Assembly (NCBI GenBank): GCA_964276105.1
Contig: CAXYEE010000026.1
Coordinates: 247-64,246 of the forward strand
Length of the DNA stretch: 64,000 nucleotides
Reading direction: 5' to 3'
Origin: an uncultured Gammaproteobacteria bacterium
Lineage (GTDB): Bacteria; Pseudomonadota; Gammaproteobacteria; Steroidobacterales; Rariloculaceae
The first letter of the stretch is position 1, and each line of letters opens with the position of its first letter. The notes below the pieces were generated by a model. That model was not told the origin of the DNA. It saw only the letters and a program-made list of their open reading frames with translations, and ran no database searches. The translations under genes and the position numbers were made by a program. Below are positions 29,469-41,868 of this stretch, piece after piece.

Positions 29469-30611
29469 TTGGTAGAGCCAGCGATACTAGCGCTCGAGGA
29501 TGGTACTATTTTCACAGGTTTATCTGTGGGGAAATCGGGTCGAGCCTTAGGTGAAGTAGTTTTTAATACCGCTATCACGGGTTATCAGGAAATACTGACC
29601 GACCCTTCTTATTGTCGTCAACTTGTAACTTTGACTTACCCGCATATCGGTAATGTTGGGACAAACTCCGAAGATATGGAGTCAGATCAGGCAGTCGCTG
29701 CCGGGTTAATTATTCGTGATCTATCTTCTGTAGTTAGTAATTGGCGATCAGAGTCAAGTTTGGCAGATTTTTTATGCCTTAATAATGTAGTAGCTATTTC
29801 AGATATAGATACACGTAAGCTTACACGTATCATCCGTGATAAAGGCGCGCAAGCAGGTTGTATTCTTACAGGACCAAATGCTAGTGCTGAAGAGGCAGTA
29901 AAGGCAGCTCAAGAACTTCCTGGGCTAAAGGGCATGGATTTGGCCCAAGTTGTAAGCACTAAAGATGTCTATAAGTGGAGCCAGGGTAGCAATTGGGAAG
30001 ATAGGCGCACCGTTTCAAGCCATGCCGACTCTAGCTTCAATGTAGTGGCATTTGATTTCGGTGTGAAACGTAATATTTTGAGGTTGCTTAAGGATGAGGG
30101 GTGTTGCGTCACTGTAGTCCCAGCTAAAACTTCTGCAGATGAGGTTATGCAGCTTCGTCCAGATGGGGTTTTTTTATCAAATGGCCCGGGAGATCCAGAG
30201 CCCTGTAAGTATGCTATTAATGCGATACAGGAGCTCCTCAATGCAGAGGTGCCTATTTTTGGTATTTGCCTAGGGCATCAATTACTAGCCCTAGCTAGTG
30301 GTGCTAATACAGTAAAAATGAAATTTGGTCATCATGGAGCTAATCATCCAGTGGTTGATTTAAAGACCGAACAGGTGATGATTACCAGTCAGAACCATGG
30401 TTTTGCAGTTGATGAGGAAACTTTGCCAGCCCATACACGTGCAACCCATAGGTCTCTTTTTGATGGTTCTCTTCAAGGAATTGAACGAACTGACAGGCCA
30501 GCATTTTCTTTTCAAGGGCACCCAGAGGCAAGTCCAGGGCCTCATGACATTAGGCCTTTGTTTGGAAGGTTTGTTGAGTTGATGAAAGTTTACAGAAAAG
30601 TAAAAAATTAG
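29469..30611 (+). CDS. carA: Carbamoyl-phosphate synthase small (glutaminase) subunit
   Basis: 380 aa. The TTG start lies 6 nt after CAGGAG. Contains [25 protein letters not shown] and the catalytic HPE. Confidence 0.95.
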   Translation: MVEPAILALEDGTIFTGLSVGKSGRALGEVVFNTAITGYQEILTDPSYCRQLVTLTYPHIGNVGTNSEDMESDQAVAAGLIIRDLSSVVSNWRSESSLADFLCLNNVVAISDIDTRKLTRIIRDKGAQAGCILTGPNASAEEAVKAAQELPGLKGMDLAQVVSTKDVYKWSQGSNWEDRRTVSSHADSSFNVVAFDFGVKRNILRLLKDEGCCVTVVPAKTSADEVMQLRPDGVFLSNGPGDPEPCKYAINAIQELLNAEVPIFGICLGHQLLALASGANTVKMKFGHHGANHPVVDLKTEQVMITSQNHGFAVDEETLPAHTRATHRSLFDGSLQGIERTDRPAFSFQGHPEASPGPHDIRPLFGRFVELMKVYRKVKN

Positions 30612-30670
30612 AATTAAAACAAATATTAACAGTAACTTAAATATTTAAAGTAGATTTAAGATTAACTATA

Positions 30671-33600
30671 ATGCCACGAAGAAATGATATAAAAAGCGTG
30701 CTCATTATCGGCGCTGGGCCGATAATTATCGGTCAAGCGTGCGAGTTTGATTATTCTGGTGCCCAAGCCTGTAAGGCTCTTAAGGAGGAGGGTTATAGGG
30801 TGGTGCTTGTGAATTCAAATCCAGCAACAATTATGACAGACCCAGCAACTGCTGATGCCACATATATTGAGCCCATTCACTGGAGAACTGTAGAACGGAT
30901 AATAGAGAAAGAACGTCCCGATGCCTTACTCCCCACTATGGGTGGTCAAACCGGGTTGAACTGTGCCTTGGATCTGGATCGGGAAGGGGTTCTAGATCGG
31001 TATGGAGTGGAATTAATTGCCGCTTCAAAAGCGTCAATCGAGATGGCCGAGGATCGCAATCTATTTCGTCTTGCGATGCAAGAAATTGGACTAGAGGTTC
31101 CACAGGCAGCTGTAGCGAAGACCTTAGATGAGGCTTGGGATATTCAGAAGGATGTTGGATTTCCAACTATAGTGCGTCCATCGTTCACGCTTGGGGGTAG
31201 CGGGGGAGGAATTGCTTACAATCGTGAAGAATTTGAGGATATTGTTGAAAGAGGTCTTGATCAGTCCCCGGTGACGGAAGTGTTATTAGAGGAGTCTGTG
31301 CTTGGTTGGAAAGAGTTCGAAATGGAGGTTATAAGAGACCGTAAAGATAATTGCATTATTGTTTGTTCAATCGAGAATCTGGATCCAATGGGCATTCATA
31401 CAGGAGACTCAATAACTGTGGCTCCGGCACAAACGCTTACAGATAAGGAATACCAACTTATGCGAAACGCTTCAATTGATGTTTTGCGTAAAATTGGTGT
31501 GGATACGGGCGGATCTAATGTTCAGTTTGCGGTAAGTCCTGATGATGGCCGCTTGTTGGTTATTGAGATGAATCCACGTGTTTCAAGATCATCCGCTTTA
31601 GCATCAAAGGCAACAGGCTTTCCTATAGCTAAAGTTGCTGCAAAACTTGCTATAGGCTACACGCTTGATGAACTTCGCAATGAGATTACTGGTGGCGCTA
31701 CACCAGCTTCATTCGAACCGAGTATTGATTACGTCGTAACAAAAATACCACGCTTTACCTTTGAAAAATTCCCCTTAGCGAATGATCGTCTTACGACTCA
31801 GATGAAGTCTGTAGGAGAAGTGATGGCTATTGGCCGAACATTTCAAGAGTCGCTTAATAAGGCACTTAGAGGGCTTGAGACCGGAACAGACGGATTTACC
31901 CCTGTTTGTAAGTCATTAGAAACAGATGCCGAACTTGATGCGCTTCGACAAGAACTGCAAATGGCTGGAGGGCAACGTATTTGGTATGTTGCTGATGCTT
32001 TCAGGCGAGGCTTTCTTCTTGACGAAATATCTAATTTAACTGGCATTGACCCCTGGTTTCTGGCTCAGATAAAAGATCTTATTGAAGATGAAATGGGATT
32101 GGTGCGCGCTGGTTCTCAGGCGCTTACTTTAAAGGAGCTATACCGACTTAAGCGAAAAGGATTTAGTGATAGCCGAATAGGGGCACTTATAGGGGAAGGT
32201 GAAAGTTACGTAAGAACAAAGCGTTACGAGAACAATATAAGACCTGTTTTTAAGAGAGTTGATACTTGTGCTGGAGAATTTGCAAGCGATACAGCTTATC
32301 TTTATTCAACCTATGAGGAAGAGTGTGAGTCATACCCCACAACCTCGAACAAGATCATGATTCTTGGTGGTGGACCAAATCGAATTGGTCAGGGGATAGA
32401 ATTTGACTACTGCTGTGTCCATGCCGCTTTCGCTTTGAAGGAGGCTGGTTACGAGACAATCATGGTGAATTGTAATCCGGAGACCGTTTCTACTGACTTT
32501 GATACATCAGACCGTCTCTATTTTGAGCCTCTAACCTTGGAGGATGTTTTAGAAATTGTTGAAAAGGAGCAGCCCAAGGGAGTTATTGTTCAGTATGGTG
32601 GTCAGACACCATTGAAACTTGCGAAGCCGCTTGAAGCTGCAGGAGTACCAATAATTGGTACATCACCAGATTCGATTGATCTTGCCGAGGACCGAGAAAG
32701 ATTTAAACAGCTAATTGACAGGCTAGGTTTAAAGCAGCCGCCTAACCGCACGGCTAGTAATGAGGAGGAAGCTATTCAGATGGCGGCTGAGGTTGGGTAT
32801 CCATTGGTTGTGCGTCCATCATATGTTCTGGGTGGACGTGCTATGGAGGTTGTTTTTGAAGAAGAAGATTTAAGGGGGTACATGGCTGCGGCTGTTAGTG
32901 TGTCTAATGAAAGTCCTGTGCTCTTAGATCGATTTCTAGATTTGGCTGTTGAAGTAGATGTTGATGCTGTATCTGATGGTGAAGATGTGATCATAAGCGG
33001 AATTATGGAACACGTGGAACAGGCAGGTGTGCACTCAGGGGATTCTGGATGTTCATTGCCTCCTTTTAGTCTGGATGCGGATATTCAGGAGGTTCTTGGG
33101 GAGCAGGTTCGACAGATGGCTCGTGAATTGAAAGTGATTGGCATTATGAATACTCAATTTGCTATTCAAAATGATGTTATTTATGTTTTAGAAGTCAATC
33201 CCAGGGCTTCCCGCACGATTCCATTTGTGTCAAAAGCTACTGGACTACAATTTGCCAAGATCGCTGCTAAAGCAATGGCTGGTATAACTTTTAAAGAGCA
33301 AGGGGTGAACTCCCCCTGTAGCCGCCCGTATTATTCTGTAAAGGAAGCGGTTTTCCCATTTATTAAATTCCCTGATGCGGATCCTATTTTAGGGCCAGAA
33401 ATGAAATCGACAGGCGAGGTCATGGGTATCGGCCGCACGTTTGGTGAAGCCTATGCCAAAGCTCAGCTGGCTTCTGGAGTTTTCTTGCCTCAGAAAGGAA
33501 CGGCTCTTATCAGCGTACGTGATAGTGATAAGCCTGGGGCTGTGCAGCTTGGTAAGAGTTTGATTGCCAGAGGGTTTGAAATCTTCGCGACAGGTGAAAC

Positions 33601-33892
33601 TGCTAATGCTCTAGCTGAGGGCGGCGTTGCCTGCCGGCGTGTCAATAAAGTTAGGGAGGGGAGGCCTCACATTGTTGATATGATTAAAAATAATGAGATT
33701 AACCTTATTGTTAATACAACCGAGGGAAAGCGTGCAATCAAAGAGTCTTACTCAATTAGAGCCGAAGCTGTCCATCGAAAAATTACCTATTACACAACGC
33801 TAACAGCTGCAAAAGCGACGTGTGATGCTTTAGATCACTTAGATAACACTGTAGTTAATAGATTGCAGGATTTACATGATGAGGTTGCGTGA
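30671..33892 (+). CDS. carB: Carbamoyl-phosphate synthase large subunit
   Basis: 1073 aa with duplicated ATP-grasp halves and a C-terminal MGS-like domain. Confidence 0.98.
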   Translation: MPRRNDIKSVLIIGAGPIIIGQACEFDYSGAQACKALKEEGYRVVLVNSNPATIMTDPATADATYIEPIHWRTVERIIEKERPDALLPTMGGQTGLNCALDLDREGVLDRYGVELIAASKASIEMAEDRNLFRLAMQEIGLEVPQAAVAKTLDEAWDIQKDVGFPTIVRPSFTLGGSGGGIAYNREEFEDIVERGLDQSPVTEVLLEESVLGWKEFEMEVIRDRKDNCIIVCSIENLDPMGIHTGDSITVAPAQTLTDKEYQLMRNASIDVLRKIGVDTGGSNVQFAVSPDDGRLLVIEMNPRVSRSSALASKATGFPIAKVAAKLAIGYTLDELRNEITGGATPASFEPSIDYVVTKIPRFTFEKFPLANDRLTTQMKSVGEVMAIGRTFQESLNKALRGLETGTDGFTPVCKSLETDAELDALRQELQMAGGQRIWYVADAFRRGFLLDEISNLTGIDPWFLAQIKDLIEDEMGLVRAGSQALTLKELYRLKRKGFSDSRIGALIGEGESYVRTKRYENNIRPVFKRVDTCAGEFASDTAYLYSTYEEECESYPTTSNKIMILGGGPNRIGQGIEFDYCCVHAAFALKEAGYETIMVNCNPETVSTDFDTSDRLYFEPLTLEDVLEIVEKEQPKGVIVQYGGQTPLKLAKPLEAAGVPIIGTSPDSIDLAEDRERFKQLIDRLGLKQPPNRTASNEEEAIQMAAEVGYPLVVRPSYVLGGRAMEVVFEEEDLRGYMAAAVSVSNESPVLLDRFLDLAVEVDVDAVSDGEDVIISGIMEHVEQAGVHSGDSGCSLPPFSLDADIQEVLGEQVRQMARELKVIGIMNTQFAIQNDVIYVLEVNPRASRTIPFVSKATGLQFAKIAAKAMAGITFKEQGVNSPCSRPYYSVKEAVFPFIKFPDADPILGPEMKSTGEVMGIGRTFGEAYAKAQLASGVFLPQKGTALISVRDSDKPGAVQLGKSLIARGFEIFATGETANALAEGGVACRRVNKVREGRPHIVDMIKNNEINLIVNTTEGKRAIKESYSIRAEAVHRKITYYTTLTAAKATCDALDHLDNTVVNRLQDLHDEVA

Positions 33893-34368
33893 TGGAAAAA
33901 GTTCCTTTAACAGCACGTGGTGCAGAGCAACTTAGGAAGGAACTTAAGCGTTTAAAGGCAGAGCGTCCTGTGATTAGTGCGGCTATTGGAACTGCACGTG
34001 AGCATGGGGACCTTCGCGAAAATGCTGAGTACCATGCAGCCAAAGAACAGCAGGGATTAGCAGAAGCTAGAATTCGTGATCTTGAGGGTAAGTTATCCAA
34101 CGCACAGATTATTGAGGTTTCCAAGATAAATGCAGGTGGTAAAGCCGTATTTGGTGCGACTGTTGGCCTCTTAGATGCTGATTCCAATAACACTATCGTT
34201 TATAAGATAGTTGGAGAAGATGAAGCTGACATAAAAGAGGGCTTGGTTTCTATTAAATCTCCCATTGCCCGAGCAATGATTGGTAAGTTAGTAGGAGATG
34301 ATGTGGAGGTTTCTGCTCCAAGCGGTAAACTTTTTTATGAAGTTGTTTCCGTCCAGTATGAAGATTGA
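33892..34368 (+). CDS. greA: Transcription elongation factor GreA
   Basis: [22 protein letters not shown]...[16 protein letters not shown]. The ATG overlaps the carB TGA by 1 nt. Confidence 0.95.
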   Translation: MEKVPLTARGAEQLRKELKRLKAERPVISAAIGTAREHGDLRENAEYHAAKEQQGLAEARIRDLEGKLSNAQIIEVSKINAGGKAVFGATVGLLDADSNNTIVYKIVGEDEADIKEGLVSIKSPIARAMIGKLVGDDVEVSAPSGKLFYEVVSVQYED

Positions 34369-34376
34369 TTTTGAAG

Positions 34377-34685
34377 TTATGCGGTTTGGCTTGTTTTTGG
34401 CAGTATTAACTTAGGATTGGCTGCTTTTCGGTACAGTAGCGCAACATTCCCAGTACGCTGTAGAAGTATTGATGCTGATCGTTGTAGTATTTTCTCTAGC
34501 AAAGCGTCTCTTTTATCTCTGTCGCCCACCCGAACACGAATTTTGAGAAGTTCATGATATTCTAGCGCTCTATCTAGCTCGCTAAAGACATTATCTGTGA
34601 GTCCTGATCCTCCTACAAAGATAATGGGTTTTAAGTCATGGCCTTTTGTTCGTAGATATTTGCATTGTGATCGATTTAGTTTCAT
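34377..34685 (-). CDS. yhbY: Ribosome assembly RNA-binding protein YhbY (CRM domain)
   Basis: The track ORF starts at 34724, but the homologous part begins at ATG 34685 (MKLNRSQCKYLRTKGHDLKPIIFVGGSGLTDNVFSELDRALEYHELLKIRV). Confidence 0.88.
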   Translation of the reverse strand: MKLNRSQCKYLRTKGHDLKPIIFVGGSGLTDNVFSELDRALEYHELLKIRVRVGDRDKRDALLEKILQRSASILLQRTGNVALLYRKAANPKLILPKTSQTA

Positions 34686-34732
34686 AAGAAAGAGTATATA
34701 AGTCATTGCCACACAGTTGTGCATTAAAGCTC

Positions 34733-35356
34733 ATGACAAAACAATCAAAATCTACTAATCATTGGAGACAAAGGCACAGGAAAGACCCTTATATGGAAAG
34801 GGCAGCAAGTGAGGGTTGGAGGTCCAGGGCGGTTTATAAATTGCAGCAGATTGAGGTTAGTAACCGCCTTTTTAGACCTGGCATGAGGTGTGTAGACCTT
34901 GGAGCAAGCCCGGGAAGCTGGAGCCAATTCGCCTCTAAAATTATTGGCTTAAACGGACGCTTATGGGCTGTAGATAAACAGCCAATGGATCCAGTCGACG
35001 GTGTAGAGTTTATTTTAGGGGATTTCACCAATTCAGAGACTTTGTCTTTGTTGCATGCTGTTCTAGGGGATGCCTCAATTGACCTTGTAATATCAGACAT
35101 GTCCCCCAATATCTCAGGTAATAAGGCTATTGATCAGCCACGAGCGATTGGATTAGCTGAAGACGCACTTACATTCGCTTTAGAGGTGCTTGGTGAGGGA
35201 GGAGATTTTCTGACTAAGCTGTTTCAAGGAGAGGGTTTTGAAGAGTTTGTTGGTCTTGTTAAGGAGAGTTTTAGTTCGGTAAGGATTATAAAACCTCGAG
35301 CGTCTCGACCAGAAAGCCGAGAGGTGTATTTGTTGGCTACAACCTATCAGATGTAG
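34733..35356 (+). CDS. rlmE: 23S rRNA (uridine2552-2'-O)-methyltransferase RlmE (FtsJ)
   Basis: The start is probably ATG 34733. Contains GWRSRAVYKLQQI, VDLGASPGSWSQ, DLVISDMSPNISG and KLFQGEGF. Confidence 0.93.
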   Translation: MTKQSKSTNHWRQRHRKDPYMERAASEGWRSRAVYKLQQIEVSNRLFRPGMRCVDLGASPGSWSQFASKIIGLNGRLWAVDKQPMDPVDGVEFILGDFTNSETLSLLHAVLGDASIDLVISDMSPNISGNKAIDQPRAIGLAEDALTFALEVLGEGGDFLTKLFQGEGFEEFVGLVKESFSSVRIIKPRASRPESREVYLLATTYQM

Positions 35357-35403
35357 TAGTGTCTTGTGTCTAGAAGTATTTTAAATTTCTTGAGGGTAAA
35401 GCA

Positions 35404-37326
35404 TTGAATGACTTAGCAAAGAACGTGATTCTATGGATTGTAATCGCAGTAGTTCTGTTATCAGTTTTTCAGAGTTTTAGCCCAAGCAATCAGAGTGTTA
35501 GTCCTATACCATACTCTGTATTTCTTAGGCAGATCAGGGATGGATCAGTAGAGGAAGTTACATTTGATGATGAGGCGATTCGCTTTGTCAGGAATGGGGA
35601 GAGTCACGTAACGTATAACCCCGAATCAGATAACACGCTTCTCATTGGTACCTTGGTAGAAAATGATGTTCTGATTGAAGCCAGTCCTCCTGAGCAGCAG
35701 TCATTTTTGTTGCAACTCTTTATTTCATCCTTCCCGATTCTGTTATTAATTGGCGTATGGGTTTATTTCATGCGGCAGATGCAAGGTGGTGCTGGTGGGC
35801 GAGGCGCTATGTCTTTTGGGAAAAGCAAGGCGCGGCTGCTTGATGAAGATCAAGTCAATGTGACTTTTGCAGATGTGGCTGGTATTGAAGAGGCCAAAGA
35901 AGAAGTTGTTGAGATTGTTGAGTTCTTGAAAGATCCAGCCAAGTTTCAACGGCTTGGTGGAAAAATCCCAAAGGGAGTGCTGATGGTTGGTTCACCTGGA
36001 ACCGGCAAAACATTACTTGCAAGGGCAATTGCAGGTGAAGCGCAAGTTCCTTTTTTTACGATTTCTGGTTCAGACTTTGTGGAGATGTTTGTAGGGGTGG
36101 GGGCATCCCGTGTCCGCGATATGTTTGAGCAGGCTAAAAAACAATCTCCCTGCATCATATTTATTGACGAAATAGATGCTGTTGGGCGACATCGTGGTGC
36201 TGGTCTTGGCGGAGGACACGATGAGCGTGAGCAGACCCTAAATCAACTACTTGTTGAGATGGATGGATTTGAGGGAAATGAAGGCGTAATAGTTATTTCT
36301 GCAACCAACCGTCCCGATGTTCTTGACCCGGCGTTATTGCGACCAGGGCGATTTGATCGTCAGGTTGTAGTGCCTTTGCCTGATGTCAGAGGACGTGAGC
36401 AGATCTTGAAGGTGCATATGCGAAAAGTCCCGGTCGCTAAGAATGTGAATCCATCAGTTATAGCTAGGGGTACGCCGGGATTTTCTGGTGCAGACCTTGC
36501 AAACCTAGTAAATGAAGGTGCTCTTCTTGCAGCAAGAGCAAATCGTAGAACTGTAACGATGGAACAGTTTGATAAGGCCAAAGACAAAATCATGATGGGT
36601 GCGGAACGGCGCTCTATGGTCATGAGTGAGGATGAGAAAAAATTAACCGCCTACCATGAATCAGGTCATGCAATTGTTGGCTTGACAGTTGCTGATCATG
36701 ATCCAGTTTATAAGGTCACTATTATTCCGCGCGGTCGTGCTCTTGGGGTTACGATGTTTCTTCCGGAAGAGGATCGTTATAGTTACTCAAAACAGCGTCT
36801 TATGAGTCAGATGAAAAGCCTTTTCGGAGGGAGAATTGCAGAAGAGCTTATTTTCGGCCCTGCCTATGTGACTACCGGCGCCTCGAATGATATTGAACGG
36901 GCAACAGATATTGCCAGAAACATGGTTACTAAATGGGGTTTGTCTGAAAAGCTAGGGCCGTTAACTTACTCTGAGGATGATGGAGAGATCTTTTTGGGTA
37001 GAAGTGTGACGCGCCACAAGCAAGTTTCTGATGTCACCGCTAATATAATTGACGAAGAAATTAGACAACTGATTGATGGTTGTTATAAGGATGCAAAGGC
37101 AATACTTGAGGAAAAGACCGATACATTGCATCTTATGGCCAAGGCTCTTATCAAGTATGAGACGATTAATGCGGAACAACTTAAACAGATTATGTCTGGA
37201 CAGGAACCTAGCCCCCCGGACGATTGGGATGACTCTGAGCCAGGAGAAGGAGAAGAGGCTCAGGACCTGGAGGTCTCCAAGGGCAATGGTGGTTCTCCGC
37301 TTGGTGGTCCCGCTAGTCAGCATTAA
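35404..37326 (+). CDS. ftsH: ATP-dependent zinc metalloprotease FtsH
   Basis: 640 aa ([19 protein letters not shown]) with Walker A GSPGTGKT, the SRH region and the zinc motif HESGHAI. Confidence 0.98.
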   Translation: MNDLAKNVILWIVIAVVLLSVFQSFSPSNQSVSPIPYSVFLRQIRDGSVEEVTFDDEAIRFVRNGESHVTYNPESDNTLLIGTLVENDVLIEASPPEQQSFLLQLFISSFPILLLIGVWVYFMRQMQGGAGGRGAMSFGKSKARLLDEDQVNVTFADVAGIEEAKEEVVEIVEFLKDPAKFQRLGGKIPKGVLMVGSPGTGKTLLARAIAGEAQVPFFTISGSDFVEMFVGVGASRVRDMFEQAKKQSPCIIFIDEIDAVGRHRGAGLGGGHDEREQTLNQLLVEMDGFEGNEGVIVISATNRPDVLDPALLRPGRFDRQVVVPLPDVRGREQILKVHMRKVPVAKNVNPSVIARGTPGFSGADLANLVNEGALLAARANRRTVTMEQFDKAKDKIMMGAERRSMVMSEDEKKLTAYHESGHAIVGLTVADHDPVYKVTIIPRGRALGVTMFLPEEDRYSYSKQRLMSQMKSLFGGRIAEELIFGPAYVTTGASNDIERATDIARNMVTKWGLSEKLGPLTYSEDDGEIFLGRSVTRHKQVSDVTANIIDEEIRQLIDGCYKDAKAILEEKTDTLHLMAKALIKYETINAEQLKQIMSGQEPSPPDDWDDSEPGEGEEAQDLEVSKGNGGSPLGGPASQH

Positions 37327-37383
37327 ATGCCAGATTGATACAGTTTAATTGACATCTCTATTATAGGTTAGAGGAAGAAACTC

Positions 37384-38724
37384 TTGCGGCTGCAATACTT
37401 TGGAACCGACGGTATTCGTGGAGAAGTTGGCCAGTCACCGATGACGGTTGATTTTGCTTTACAGTTAGCCAGTGCTGCTGCACGTGTCTTAGTTCCAAAC
37501 GGTGGCACAGTCTTGATTGGCAAGGATACGCGTGTTTCTGGCTATATGTTTGAGTCTGCACTTGAAGCTGGGTTTGTAGCATCAGGGATTAATGTGCTTT
37601 TAACTGGCCCTCTCCCTACACCAGCTATTGCTTTTCTTACTCGTAAGCTTGGTGCCGATTTTGGTGTCGTCATAAGCGCTTCCCATAACCCTTACTATGA
37701 TAATGGCATTAAGTTTTTTGACCGAAATGGCGCTAAATTTTCAGATCAGCTAGAGGAGTCTATAGAGACGATTCTGTTTGATAAGGCGGTCACAAAACCC
37801 TCGAGATCTCTCGGTCAGGCTAAACATGTATCCTCAGCCCGTCTAGATTATCAAGCATTCTGTAAGAGTACTATTCCAGAAGGCGCTGATTTTAAGGGAT
37901 TAAGAATTGTAGTTGATGGATCCCATGGCGCTGGCTATAAGGTGGTTCCTCGGGTACTTGCAGACCTCGGTGCTGAAGTTATTCCAATCGGCTGTTCACC
38001 TAACGGTCGAAATATAAATCAAGGTTGTGGTTCAACTCATCCTGATTTGCTTATGGTGACGGTTAATGGAGTGCAGGCTGATGTTGGAATTGCACTAGAT
38101 GGTGATGCTGATCGAGTTCTAATGGTTGATGAAGAAGGTTCTCTGGTTGATGGGGATAAATTGCTTTATGTGCTTGCTCGTGATCGTCTAGAACAAGGCA
38201 CATTGGTAGGTCCTGTTGTGGGTACCGTTATGACAAATCTCGGCCTAGAATTGGCTTTCAAAGATCTTGGTGTTGATTTCCAGCGTGCCAAAGTTGGAGA
38301 TAGAAATGTACTGGCTATGCTTCAAAAGTATGGTGGGATTATAGGCGGAGAGGCCTCTGGCCATCTAATTTGTTTAGATAAGACAACTACGGGTGATGGT
38401 TTGATTTCCTCATTACAAGTGCTTGAGATTATGTCTCGTACTCAAAAAGGCCTTAAGGAACTAGTTAGTGGGATGCAGTTTTACCCACAGAAGATAATAA
38501 ATGTAGAGGTATTAGATAACTTCAATTTAGACTCGCACCCAGAAATTGATAAAGCGATTAGTGATGCTGAAACCAAATTGGGAAGTAGAGGGCGAGTAGT
38601 TTTGAGGCTGTCTGGCACTGAACCTCTTATTCGTGTGATGGTTGAGGGTGAAAATGAGGCGAATGTTATTGCATCGGCAAATAGTCTGGCAGATTTTGTC
38701 CGAAAGATTGCTGATAACCGTTGA
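37384..38724 (+). CDS. glmM: Phosphoglucosamine mutase
   Basis: 446 aa with YFGTDGIRG, the active-site SASHNPYYDNGIKFF and DGDADR. Confidence 0.96.
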   Translation: MRLQYFGTDGIRGEVGQSPMTVDFALQLASAAARVLVPNGGTVLIGKDTRVSGYMFESALEAGFVASGINVLLTGPLPTPAIAFLTRKLGADFGVVISASHNPYYDNGIKFFDRNGAKFSDQLEESIETILFDKAVTKPSRSLGQAKHVSSARLDYQAFCKSTIPEGADFKGLRIVVDGSHGAGYKVVPRVLADLGAEVIPIGCSPNGRNINQGCGSTHPDLLMVTVNGVQADVGIALDGDADRVLMVDEEGSLVDGDKLLYVLARDRLEQGTLVGPVVGTVMTNLGLELAFKDLGVDFQRAKVGDRNVLAMLQKYGGIIGGEASGHLICLDKTTTGDGLISSLQVLEIMSRTQKGLKELVSGMQFYPQKIINVEVLDNFNLDSHPEIDKAISDAETKLGSRGRVVLRLSGTEPLIRVMVEGENEANVIASANSLADFVRKIADNR

Positions 38725-38816
38725 TTTAGCTCACTCTCCCCCTTAAGATCTCGTCGCGCTGCAGAGCGTTCTGTGTTGAAGGTATGTTACTGGCAAACTT
38801 GTAAGAGGATTAATAA

Positions 38817-39575
38817 GTGACAGCACGTACACCATTAATTGCCGGCAATTGGAAAATGAATGGGACCGTGGAGAGTAGTCAGCAGCTGATATCCGCCTTG
38901 TGCTCTGGAGTTGCTATTGATAGCGATCCAATCATGCTTATTTGTCCCCCATTTCCTTACCTGCATACTGCAGCTGCAGCACTAAAAGATGAGGCAGTCG
39001 TGCTCGGTGCGCAGAACATTGCTATGGAGCCTGGTACAGGGGCTTTCACGGGAGAAGTTTCTGGTTTGATGCTTAAAAACTGTGGTTGTGAGTATGTGAT
39101 TGTTGGTCATTCAGAACGACGTGCACTTTTTGGAGAGACGGATGCCATGGTTTCAAACAAGTTTATTATTGCTCAGACACAGGGGCTTAAGCCTATTTTA
39201 TGTATAGGGGAGACGTTAGAGGAGCGAGAAACTGGTCAAACTCAAGCTGTTATTCAGAGGCAGATTCATAAGGTGATTGATTATGCCGGACCGGCTGCAT
39301 TTGGCAGCGCAGTAGTTGCTTATGAGCCAGTGTGGGCAATTGGTACAGGGCTTACGGCTACCCCTGATCAAGCTCAAGAGGCGCACTCATTTATTCGGTC
39401 CTTAATAAGTGAACAGGATGCTACAATTGCATCTCTAATGCAGATTATTTATGGCGGAAGCATGAAAAGTGAAAACGCAAAGGAACTGCTTGCTATGGAG
39501 GATGTAGATGGTGGTTTGGTTGGTGGAGCATCACTTAATGCCGAGGAGTTTCTAGCTATTTTCCGAGCGGCCTAA
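38817..39575 (+). CDS. tpiA: Triosephosphate isomerase
   Basis: 252 aa with IAGNWKMNG, VIVGHSERR and AYEPVWAIGTG. Confidence 0.96.
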   Translation: MTARTPLIAGNWKMNGTVESSQQLISALCSGVAIDSDPIMLICPPFPYLHTAAAALKDEAVVLGAQNIAMEPGTGAFTGEVSGLMLKNCGCEYVIVGHSERRALFGETDAMVSNKFIIAQTQGLKPILCIGETLEERETGQTQAVIQRQIHKVIDYAGPAAFGSAVVAYEPVWAIGTGLTATPDQAQEAHSFIRSLISEQDATIASLMQIIYGGSMKSENAKELLAMEDVDGGLVGGASLNAEEFLAIFRAA

Positions 39576-39612
39576 CTATTAAGTTTTAGCCGCTTTATAT
39601 GAGATTAAACTT

Positions 39613-39993
39613 ATGTCGTTGCAATCAATAACGTTATACATCCACATGCTTGTGGCCATACTTATAGTGGTCCTCGTACTGATCCAGCGTGGCAAAGGAG
39701 CTGATGCGGGAGCTGGTTTTGGCGGAGGTGCGTCAGGAACAGTTTTTGGTTCTCGAGGTTCGGGAAGTTTTTTTTCAAGAGCAACCGCTGTTTTGGCTAC
39801 AGTATTTTTTGGGACGAGCCTGACCTTGGCGTATCTTGCAGGTCAGACAACAACAGCTCCGACAAGTATTCTAGATGAGGTTTTAGAGCAGTCCGATGAG
39901 ATAGCTTTTCCCTCAACCCCGTTATTAGATTCTACCGAGTTGCCAGATCTTCCAGAGAGCGTTAGTAATGAGGGCCAAGACAGTGGTAATTAA
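39613..39993 (+). CDS. secG: Preprotein translocase subunit SecG
   Basis: 126 aa with [27 protein letters not shown]. It occupies the conserved position upstream of tRNA-Leu. Confidence 0.9.
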   Translation: MSLQSITLYIHMLVAILIVVLVLIQRGKGADAGAGFGGGASGTVFGSRGSGSFFSRATAVLATVFFGTSLTLAYLAGQTTTAPTSILDEVLEQSDEIAFPSTPLLDSTELPDLPESVSNEGQDSGN

Positions 39994-40035
39994 TGTGGCT
40001 CGTGGGTTTGCCGTGAAGCAAAAATAAAGGTGTAC

Positions 40036-40120
40036 GCCGATGTGGTGGAACTGGTAGACACGCTGTCTTGAGGGGGCAGTGGCGAAAGCCGTGCCGGTTC
40101 GAGTCCGGCCATCGGCACCA
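40036..40120 (+). tRNA. leuU: tRNA-Leu (anticodon GAG)
   Basis: GCCGATGTGGTGGAACTGGTAGACACGCTGTCTTGAGGGGGCAGTGGCGAAAGCCGTGCCGGTTCGAGTCCGGCCATCGGCACCA. It has a 7-bp acceptor stem, a long variable arm, the anticodon loop TTGAGGG and an encoded CCA. Confidence 0.93.
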
Positions 40121-40130
40121 TCGTTAAACC

Positions 40131-40149
40131 GGGCTAATAATATTAGCCC
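40131..40149 (+). terminator. Stem-loop after tRNA-Leu
   Basis: GGGCTAATA-A-TATTAGCCC is a perfect 9-bp inverted repeat. No T-tract follows, so it may be a processing or structural hairpin rather than a terminator. Confidence 0.35.
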
Positions 40150-40197
40150 ACAATGAGAGCGTTGGCTGGTACAATCCGTGCCGGCTGAGGGTAATGA

Positions 40198-40554
40198 ATG
40201 CTTGCTAATTACGCACCTATATTAATATTTCTATGTGTCTCAGGCGGCTGGGGCTTAATCCTATTGTTTGTTGGGATGGCGCTAGGAAAAGGCGAAAAAG
40301 ACCCAAATAAGGTGGCTCCTTATGAGTGTGGTTTTGAGGCCTTTGAAGATACCCGAATGCAGTTTGATATTCGCTACTACTTGGTAGCCATTTTATTCAT
40401 AATTTTTGATTTGGAGACGGCTTTCTTGATTCCATGGGCGGTCTCGCTTGATCAGATTGGGTTGTTTGGCCTTATATCGATGGCCGTGTTTCTTGCGGTG
40501 CTAGTGGTTGGGTTTATTTATGAGTGGCGCAAAGGAGCCTTAGAATGGGATTAA
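40198..40554 (+). CDS. nuoA: NADH-quinone oxidoreductase subunit A
   Basis: 118 aa with YECGFEAF, and first in the operon. Confidence 0.95.
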   Translation: MLANYAPILIFLCVSGGWGLILLFVGMALGKGEKDPNKVAPYECGFEAFEDTRMQFDIRYYLVAILFIIFDLETAFLIPWAVSLDQIGLFGLISMAVFLAVLVVGFIYEWRKGALEWD

Positions 40555-41060
40555 GTCGTCAAGTGCCAGTAGATTTTCCAGAGTCCGTTGAAAATGAAGT
40601 CATGGAAAAGGGTTTTTTTGTGACCCAGGTTGATACGGTAATTAACTGGGCTAGAACGGGGTCTATGTGGCCTATGACTTTTGGTCTTGCGTGTTGTGCT
40701 GTGGAAATGATGCATGCTGGCGCCGCTCGATATGACCTTGATCGTTTTGGAATTATGTTTCGACCAAGTCCTCGACAATCTGATGTGATGATTGTTGCGG
40801 GTACTTTATGCAATAAGATGGGGCCGGCATTGCGCCGTGTCTATGACCAAATGCCAGACCCAAAATGGGTTATTTCTATGGGGTCCTGCGCAAACGGAGG
40901 GGGCTATTACCACTACTCTTATTCTGTTGTGCGTGGGTGTGATCGTATAGTTCCAGTAGATGTTTATGTGCCTGGCTGTCCTCCGACAGCCGAGGCGTTG
41001 TTGTACGGGATACTTCAATTGCAAAAAAAGATTCGACGAACCGAGACGATTGCTCGGTAA
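40545..41060 (+). CDS. nuoB: NADH-quinone oxidoreductase subunit B
   Basis: The ATG at 40545 overlaps the end of nuoA (the track ORF starts at 40524). Contains [20 protein letters not shown] and VPGCPP. Confidence 0.95.
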   Translation: MGLSRQVPVDFPESVENEVMEKGFFVTQVDTVINWARTGSMWPMTFGLACCAVEMMHAGAARYDLDRFGIMFRPSPRQSDVMIVAGTLCNKMGPALRRVYDQMPDPKWVISMGSCANGGGYYHYSYSVVRGCDRIVPVDVYVPGCPPTAEALLYGILQLQKKIRRTETIAR

Positions 41061-41128
41061 GAGTATTACTTTTTAAGGATCCCCCTAATGTCTGGTATGG
41101 GAATTTATTTATATAGAGTTTTATTAGA

Positions 41129-41845
41129 GTGACAGAACTTAGTAATAAATATGTTGCGCTTTCTGAGGCAATAAGCGCAGAGTTTGGTGACAAGCTTAAA
41201 TTGCTTGAAGATGCATCTATCGAGCTTGGTTATTCTGTCATGGCCGATGATGTCATCGAGTGTTGCCGTATTTTGCATGATAATGATGCATTAGGCTTTG
41301 ATATGTTGATGGATGTTTCTGGCGTAGATTATTTAAGCTATGGCAGAAACGAGTGGGAAACATTATCTGCTACTAGTACCGGTTTTAGTCGTGGAATCAG
41401 TAAAACAGATAGTTCTTTTGCGGGCGATGTTATAGCTGAAACAGAATATAAGCCTATTAAGCGGTTCGCCATTGTATATCACCTGCTTTCTGTGACAAAC
41501 AATTACCGATTACGGCTTAAAGTATTCTGTGAGAACGATGAACGTCCGATGGTAGATTCTGTTACTGGGATTTGGGCATCAGCTGATTGGTATGAGCGAG
41601 AAATCTTTGACCTTTATGGCATTGTTTTTCGCGGGCATCCGGATCTGCGCCGAATACTTACAGACTATGGCTTCATTGGGCACCCATTTCGGAAAGATTT
41701 TCCTCTGGTTGGTAATGTTGAGATGCGTTATGACTCCGAGAAGGGTCGTGTTGTTTATCAGCCGGTCACGATAGAGCCACGAACTTTAGTGCCTAAAACT
41801 ATACGTGATGATAACCGGTATGAACCCGACCTTAAAGACAGATAG
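41129..41845 (+). CDS. nuoC: NADH-quinone oxidoreductase subunit C (not fused to D)
   Basis: 238 aa with [31 protein letters not shown]. Confidence 0.94.
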   Translation: MTELSNKYVALSEAISAEFGDKLKLLEDASIELGYSVMADDVIECCRILHDNDALGFDMLMDVSGVDYLSYGRNEWETLSATSTGFSRGISKTDSSFAGDVIAETEYKPIKRFAIVYHLLSVTNNYRLRLKVFCENDERPMVDSVTGIWASADWYEREIFDLYGIVFRGHPDLRRILTDYGFIGHPFRKDFPLVGNVEMRYDSEKGRVVYQPVTIEPRTLVPKTIRDDNRYEPDLKDR

Positions 41846-41868
41846 TTAACTCAACAAGAGATTTTATA

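Noticed and set aside
33855-34193. 112-aa ORF antisense to greA
   Set aside because: It overlaps the well-supported greA frame and has a low-complexity Ala/Ser/Pro-rich translation.
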